64,000 bases of DNA from Amoeboaphelidium protococcarum X5. Lineage: Eukaryota > Fungi > Aphelidiomycota. Shown here piece by piece: positions 56,587 to 64,000 of the stretch. The DNA lies in NCBI GenBank assembly GCA_023515725.1, contig JALDTO010000246.1, positions 1 to 64,000 on the forward strand, read 5' to 3'. Both the position numbers and the translations under genes were made by a program. The stretch's first letter is position 1. The number at the start of each line of letters is the position of its first letter. The notes below the pieces were generated by a model. That model saw only the letters and a program-made list of their open reading frames with translations, was not told where the DNA came from and made no database searches.

Positions 56587-56915
56587 TCACTTCTTACCGG
56601 ATTAAGATGAAGACTGATCCTTTTAAGCAGCCTTGGCCGCTAGTTTCTCCTGCAACTTCTTGGCGTCTCTACAGAGATATATGAATTAAATGTGATCAAC
56701 TAGTAAGCAACTTTCAAAAATCTAATCACTTACAATTCTCGTCGCTGCTGAGGAGTCAGATTGTCTTCACGCTTTCCCTTGTCCGACTGCTGCTTCTTCT
56801 TCTATGCTTTCAATCTATCTCGTTCGCGCTAGTCACCTCCTACACATACACTATTATCACTTGGTCAGTCTTGCATTATATTGCAGTGATTTAGATTGTA
56901 AAAGTTACTTGTCAT
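56587..56915 (-). CDS. SERF: SERF/4F5 small EDRK-rich protein; introns 56840-56908 and 56669-56733
   Basis: Spliced MTRGDQRERDRLKAQKK...QQRRELDAKKLQEK; 7-nt first coding exon. Confidence 0.88.
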
Positions 56916-56966
56916 TCTTTAGTTTTGAATTCTATAGAGACTGAATCTAATTTTGCTGTGATTAAA

Positions 56967-58851
56967 ATGAAATCTGAAGAGAGTAAATTACCAAGTTTTA
57001 ATAGATTTAACGTTGTCAGGTTGGTATTGATATTTTTGGGTATTAAAATTCTGCTTTTTCCCGCATAGTATGTCTTAAGTTCATGGACTTAGAGCGCTTC
57101 TATCTAAATTTATAATGTTGTAGTGCGTCAACTGATTTTGAAGTTCATAGAAACTGGCTGGCTATTACTCACTCAACACCATTATAAAAGTGGTATTTTG
57201 AAGTAAGTTATACCGTAGAAATGTTTACTCCATAGAACTTAGGCGACGACCATTATGTAGAACACATCTGAATGGACACTTGATTATCCGCCGTTCTTTG
57301 CCTGGTTTGAGTATGCCATGTCCTAGTTTGCCGTGTACTTTGAGCCCGAGATGTTGATTGTCTCAAATCTGAATTATCGGAGTGATCGCGCCGTGTTGTT
57401 TCAGCGCGTCTCTGTCATTGTCTCTGAGCTACTACTTCTAACTGCTATTCTTAGGTGAGACTTAAGCTCACACGCTATTATTAATGGCAATTTAGACTGT
57501 ATTCTGTGTAGAGCTTGTAAAGCTTTGTCAAATGATGCGGCGAAATGGCTTTTGCTATTCGGTACTTACTGCAGTGTGGGATTGCTTATCGTTGATCACA
57601 TACATTTCCAGTATAATGGTTTTCTGCTTGGTATGTTCATTCTATCTATACATGAGATGTCTCGGGTAAAATTTTTCTTTTTATACTGTTCTCTTAAAGC
57701 TGACTATATAATCTGTTTGTAGAATAATTTCTTGATGTGCGGGTTCTATTTCGCTGCACTGTTAAATTTCAAGCATATATTTCTCTACGTTGCCCCTGCG
57801 TTCTTTATTTAAATTCTGAAGAATTACTGCATGTCATAGTAGAGTTACTAGCCAAAGTTGGTGAATTTCATCAAGATTAGTCTGGTGGTTGTATTAGTCA
57901 CCCTAGTAAGTTTATGGCCTTTCCGGTATCAGTTACCTCAGTTAATGGCGCGACTATTTCCATTCAAACGCGGGTTAGTTCACGCGTATTGGGCTCCAAA
58001 TTTCTATGCTCTTTACTCTTTTTCTGATAAGATATTGTGCAAGGCTTTATCGCGTTCTGCGTAAAGCGCCAATACTGCTAGTGGTATAGTTTAAAAGACG
58101 GTGTTCTGTGTATTGCCACAAATAAGTCCCAGAGCCACTTTCGTGTTGACTTTGATTTCTCATGCATTACCTCTATACCGCCTGTGGGAACGACCAGAGT
58201 ACAATCAATTTGTATTGACCATAACTTTATGTGCACTCGGGTCCTTTATGTTTGGCTGGCATGTACACGAGAAGGCTATCTTGTTGGCGTTGTTTCCTCT
58301 CTGGTAAACTTTAACCTCTGTTAATACCAAGTAAAGTTATTGTTGTCTTGTAGTGTTTATGTCTCATCTCATGTCTCTTAATACGTGAAGAAGCTATTAT
58401 GGCTACTCCAGATCTTTGGTCATTTAGGATTGCTTCCGCTATTATATCGACTTGAAGGTGAGCTCTTTCATCACTATTAATTGTAAAGCAATCGCTATCG
58501 TGTTCAGTGTAGAAAGTCCGATTAAGATCTTGGCATTTATCATATACACTGCCGTATCATTTAAGTTTTGCGGCTTGAGGTAAGATTCCCATTGTTGCTG
58601 TAGTTGTTTCACCTGATACCTGTAGATATAGAGATTTTACTCTTATTGAATTAGTGTATATCTGTCTATTACCATTTGTCATTGCTTTCGAGTCTAGCAG
58701 CACAATGATTGCTAGAGAGAACATCAAATTCCTCCCGCTCATGTTGACGTCTGTTTACTGTGCTGTAGGCGTCTCGTACTGCTGGCTCTTACTGTTGTTG
58801 TTTAACTCGGCTGGCACGATGGAAGTCAATAAGAAGTAGTACAAGCACTGA
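56967..58851 (+). CDS. ALG8: Alpha-1,3-glucosyltransferase Alg8; introns 57068-57123, 57203-57260, 57455-57511, 57666-57722, 58304-58353, 58458-58512, 58580-58625
   Basis: [63 protein letters not shown]. Confidence 0.94.
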
Positions 58852-59314
58852 CTTGCTATGAGAATATTTGAAGGCATAACACAGTTGGTAGTAATTAAAT
58901 TTACTGATTTTTTTATATTCATTGCTTTAGCGCTGAGCAGCACTTTCGTTTTTTTATGATGAGGATGCAGCTGAGAGAAAGAGTTGCCAACAGGAGAAAA
59001 GTTCGTATGACTGTGTTACCAAGTAGTTGAGAGGACCATCAGAGAAGTTATAGACAGACCTTACCAACACAGAACTTCTGGCAAACTCGATTGTGAGAAG
59101 AATCACAGCAGCAATGCATCTTAATGTAATAATAATAATATAAACTCTTGCCAAGGAGATCTAGTCAACTCTTAACTGTAGACTACAGAGCAGACAGGCG
59201 TCTTGACAAACTTCGAATGGAGAAATCTATTATCTAGTATGATGTGACTCTACTGTGCTTCCAATGAATGAATGACTATAATACAGATGATATGAACTAC
59301 GGAAGCACAGTATT

Positions 59315-59564
59315 ACTCTTGCAGTGACGCCTATGCGAATGGACTACGGCGCCACGTGCAAACAATGACAAGAACCCGCCAAAGATGCCTATGAATCTAA
59401 ACTACGGCACCAGTGACTACGAGGAGGAGGGGAATAGCGAGAGAGCTAGAGAGAGAGAGAGGATGACTCTTGCAGTAACGCCAATAAGAATAGACTGCGG
59501 CGCTACATACAAATGATGATAGGGACCAGCCAAAGATGCCTTTGAATCTAAACTACGGCACCAG
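59315..59564 (+). repeat. Imperfect 99-bp direct repeat (59315-59413 and 59466-59564)
   Basis: Both copies run ACTCTTGCAGT.ACGCC...GCCAAAGATGCCT.TGAATCTAAACTACGGCACCAG. Confidence 0.85.
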
Positions 59565-59860
59565 CGGCAATGAGATAGGAGACTATTTCGAGATTTTTTG
59601 CAGCTCGCCAGTCAAAGAGAGATAATGGGATGTAAGACCAGCAAAGCTGCACAAGCAAGACGAGTGAGAGAACCGAGGATGAAGCAATACAGCATGCCTT
59701 GTATTAGCATTCATCCAAATGTGTGAGACTTACGGGAGAGGAAGAGACAGAATTATCAAATGTTGGAGTCAGGCCAATTAAGTGCTCAGGTATTAAATAA
59801 ACTCTGCAAGGCCATCTAGACTCAGTCTTTGTCATCTTCCACCAGCTCAAATTTTTATAA

Positions 59861-59930
59861 CCTTGGTATTGGCACTGACTTGTATAAAAATTTTTATATA
59901 GCCAGTGGATTTTTTTGACCAATACCAAGG
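59861..59930. repeat. Nested inverted repeat / hairpin
   Basis: CCTTGGTATTGG (59861-72) pairs with CCAATACCAAGG (59919-30); CACTG/CAGTG inside; central palindrome TATAAAAATTTTTATA (59883-98). Confidence 0.8.
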
Positions 59931-62900
59931 CGGCGCGCGGATCAAGCATGCAAGTAGTTAGCAACACCAGGACAGAGCAATTTCATTGGCCAGCCACCAT
60001 AACTTGGTCGACAGACAGTGGATTCAGATTTTATCCAACAGCTGGCCAGAAAGATTTAGATTATGCAGTCCTTGTCGGTATTCAGCTATAAGAGAGACCC
60101 GCGCGCCAATTTAATTACACCACCAGGGCCAGCAGCCCACTCCAAACCCAGCACTTTGCCGGGCATCTAATTTTCGGCCTTCACCAGCCACCACCCACTC
60201 AGCTTTCTTCTATGGCCAACACCGACCCAACCTTCCATCCACCAACCCACCAACACCGGCCCACCAGCCAAACACCCAGCTACTCATGGCCCTTTTATGA
60301 CCATAAGTACTTTGATATGACAAGGACCCGTCCAGCACCTCTTCGCCAGATAGCCAGAGTAATCACCAACCTGAGAAGCAGCGATCCAATAGAATGACAG
60401 CATAACCTCTGCTACCGCCATGGCACAGACCAGCACTACTGGACCAGCACGAGCCCCATCCACCAGCAAATAAACCAGCCGAAGGAGACTTCCAGGAGGA
60501 GACACTCTAGCAAGCAAAGAAGATAGGAAAAGTCAAGACGCCACCAGACGAAACAGAGCAGAGGAACTCTGTGCTAAATCAAATCAATTCTCACGCCCAT
60601 TAGTATAAGGGCAACTTTAAATAAGGATGAGCCAACTCACAGGAAGACTTATTCTGTGAGGCTCTCTAACTTTAGGCACCATTTCAATTTTTTAGAGCAA
60701 TGCCCAGCTGGCTAGCTCAACTTTTTATAACCATTTAGCCTTCTCATAGCCATTAGACAAGAAACTCAACCCAACTGGTAACTGCGGTTCAATAGAAAGG
60801 CAAGCATGACCTCTGCTGCTGCCTTGGTACAAACCAGCGCTAAAGAACCAACACAAGCTCCATCTACCAGCACATAAACCAGAGGACGGAGACTACCAGT
60901 ATGAGAAAATTTCAACCAGCTATCGAGAAGCAAATGGTGTTAGACGACCTTTTTATTTCACGGAGCAGAGGACTCCATGTGGTGATAACTTTAAACCCAT
61001 TAGTATTTAGGGTGAATTGATAAATTTTAGACTTTCTACTGCCATCATTATTCAGAGATCTTTCATAGATATTCTTTACCATTGACTCTCTTAGTGAGAG
61101 GATTAAGGCATCGATTAGTGCAGACCATGGACTATGTCCTTTTTACAGTCCAGCAGACCTTTAAAAAAACGACTAATTCAATTTTATAATAAGACTCTTT
61201 TATGTAGCCTTGACTTGGCCTCCACTTCTTATCTCACGAGACCAAGTCTTTATTGATGTCAGGCAAATATGAGCTATGTATATACCAATTCAGAATGACC
61301 CAGTTAACAGTCACTTGAGAGGCAGCTAATAGAGCAACTACCAGACAGTGCAACCGGTCTATGAACGATGAGAGAGTGTAGCACATACATTCGACATTGA
61401 GAAGCAATGGCCCAATAAACAAAGCCTTTCCACCATCAATTAAAATTAATGTCAAAGGGTAGATAAACCATATGACTTCGAGACAGAGATCCAACACACA
61501 AACACTTAGCAAGAACATGGCGCAGCAGAAGCAAAAGCAGATAATCATGACGACATGAAGGAGCAGCGGCACATTAATCACGGTAACTTGAGACTTTATT
61601 AAGCACAGATCTTGGCGTCAGTTCAAGCAACAATGAAGCTGCAGTTAAGCTGGAGCTGCAAGTAACCTTTTGCAGTTACAGCATTTCTTCGTAGAGTCAT
61701 TGTAATCAACCGCCTTGTGAAGTCCCCTGGTAATTAGAGATAGAGTCAAAAGCTCATATGAGGACACTATACTGAATCGGCCTTCAGCTTGCGGACTCAT
61801 ACCACCATAAACTGACTAAGTAGTTTTTAGCATACTAGTAAGCGATTCATGCAACATTAGACCTGAGTGAAACACCGAACGAGTGACACTACACGCAGAG
61901 CCTGAATAAACTGAGAGACGCTTCTGTTACAATCTTGAAAACTTATTCTAAACTGACATCGTAGCGGCAACCTACACAAATACAGTAGTAATGAATAAAA
62001 CAAAACAGTACAAGTCTGTATAAATAAGTTTACCGGATAAAAGAGACCAACGATTAGAAGCCTTGTACTCCAGCAACAATAGTCCAGCAACAAGAGGAAC
62101 AGCAGCATTGGAAAACATCAGAGAGCTACCAACCTTGTATAAAAGCCTTGTAACCAGATGTCATCGAGTAGCAGCATGAGAGTAGAAAGGAATCAAAGTA
62201 AGCCTTGAGAGAGCAGAGAGATTGAGGGAAGCTTTGAGGCGGCAGAGAGCAGGAGAGCCACCACCGAGGCACAGCATGCATCACACCAAACCAAACCAAA
62301 TTAGAGAGGATCGCAGTAGATAGAAGGACTTACCCAAGCAATGCACAGGAACCATACAGATGGATGTGTACCAAACTCTAAGGCAGTAGCAGACTTGAGA
62401 CCAACCAGAGCAGGACAGTAAGCGGATCGTTTCACGTAGAGAGGCCGAGAGACAGCAGAACCACCAGCGAGCGATGAGCAAAGGATACCGAGACCTCCAT
62501 CGAGTAGCATAAGTATCGCAGATAGGATGCACAGCGAGATATCAACCATGGGAAAATGTTCTTGGATGAAGAGTGATAATAAAAGTGAAGAAGAGAGTGA
62601 GAGTGGGATTGTTTGATTGTGGGATATGGTGCGATGGTTTCAGATCTGAAACGGGGCTTGAGTGAAACGACCACCATCAAATGGCAACTTGGTCAGTTCT
62701 TGATCAATTTCTTTGGGAATAAGCCCATCTACCGTTTCAAAAAACGATCTCTCGATTGGTACTAATATCGATGGTACTCCAGAATGAGTGTTGAGTTGGA
62801 GCATGCTTCGTGAGTGTGAGTGGTCGTCCCGATTGGGAATTACGCGCGCGCGCTCGTCGCTGAAACGGGCCGACCGGGTCCAGACAATGAGTTCGAAAGT

Positions 62901-63391
62901 CCAACAATGGACAACACAGACTGTAGGCGTAAAGCATCAGCATAGACTAGAGAATCAAATATTTAGATCTTCATGTTGCTAAAATTATTAATAATCAGCT
63001 TTAGATAGGTTATATATAAAAAGGAGCAATAAAGCTAGTCTTTTGGTTCAACTTGTTGGTTGTGTTTTATACCATTCGAACGGAATTTCTTTTGCCCAAG
63101 TCTATGCACAGTTAAGTTTTGTCAAAGCATATGATTAGCTTGATCCTAAATCTGGCCATACAAAATAGCTGTTATATAGTACGCCATTAGAATCGACAAG
63201 AATCATTCGCAAGTACAGAATGCGCGTTGAATTCAGTCGGTAAAAGATTACTATTTAAGCCATGTAAACCTCGCGTCGATGAACTTTTGAATTCACTGGA
63301 ATTTCAGTATTCGCTCTCTTTCTCTCCTATCACACAGCATTTTTCATTTAATAAGTGAATAATTAATCATTGACAGTAAGTAGAGAATATC

Positions 63392-64000
63392 ATGTTTAGA
63401 AACTCTGCGGAAGCATCAACTAATAGCAATATAATGCTAGTATAACGAGAAATGTTCAATAGAAATAGCGCCATGACTTGTCCAAGTAAGAGGTTCGATT
63501 AGATTAGAAAGATGAATTAGGATATAATCTTAAAAGATTCTACAGCAAAGTAAAAGCCATCTTAATCCAAGTCAGCGTCGGAGAAGTATGCCGCTGATGC
63601 AAGTGCTACTCAAGAAATCACCAAGAAATCTTCAGGATCGGCTAAGAAGAAAGGTATGCCAGTCATTCTGCTGCCCAACTCTACCACATGTCTGATTAAT
63701 CTGGACAATTGTAAAAAATTGCTGGAAGATTTCTAGTTTGTGTCACCATAATTGTAGAACTAGAGCACTGCTGGTAGAAATCAAGATTCTTAAGTCAAAA
63801 TTAAGCATAATGATATTTAGTTCTTAGTTACTGATGATGCGTAGTACGTGAAGGATAACAATCTCTGGCCGTGTGTCGTGGCTGTCTTTACCACTGGATA
63901 AAGCTGGCAGTTTAAAGATTATTTGTACAAGGACCCCACTTCGCTGTTCAGTAATGTATAAGGTTTCCATCTAAAGTATGCAGATCCGTCATTGAATGCA
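63392..64000 (+). CDS. CDC73: Cdc73/parafibromin C-terminal domain protein, runs off the window end
   Basis: PVILLPNSTTCLINLDNCKKLLEDFQFV; WPCVVAVFTTGQSWQFKDY; LFSNVQGFHLKY. Confidence 0.85.

Larger units (their letters stand above)
58950..62600 (+). other. Unassigned degenerate region, possibly a decayed mobile element or pseudogene
   Basis: No intact recognisable gene over about 3.6 kb; frame +1 from 60901 is protein-like but interrupted by isolated TGAs; internal repeats and a hairpin. Confidence 0.4.

Noticed and set aside
59315-59564. Direct repeats as a CRISPR array or LTR pair
   Set aside because: Only two diverged 99-bp copies 52 bp apart in a eukaryote; no cas genes, TG...CA ends or internal retroelement genes.

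Overview
This is a eukaryotic chromosome end, not prokaryotic DNA. It starts with a telomere-like tract (CCCTAA/CCCTG units) and continues as a very gene-dense arm. The genome uses a non-standard nuclear code: TAA and TAG encode Gln and TGA is the only stop (NCBI table 6). The supplied ORF track therefore fragments almost every gene, and all coordinates here come from re-reading by eye with TAR=Gln. The fungal-like gene set (Zn2Cys6 factor, Mei2, Vnx1, Pep7, fungal-type actin) plus this code points to an aphelid such as Amoeboaphelidium protococcarum (inference). About 36 genes were resolved, including fimbrin, actin, SRPK, COG7, Pep7, Trm9, Mei2-like, AlkB, SLC35F5-like, Dot1, KH+SAM, LIM-RhoGAP, NDUFA12, PTGR3, Ino80, Vnx1, Trm7, SERF, Alg8 and partial Cdc73. 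Highlights: (1) a subtelomeric tandem array of three secreted-type proteins built from a six-cysteine module I cannot assign to a known family, with Pro-rich linkers and a shared upstream motif; (2) 13 of 14 inferred introns end in TGTAG; (3) an ORF that runs straight into the telomere; (4) Dot1 with a CENP-B/psq-like HTH; (5) a frameshifted Crinkler-type nuclease-kinase gene; (6) an unexplained decayed region near 59-62.6 kb with repeats and a hairpin.
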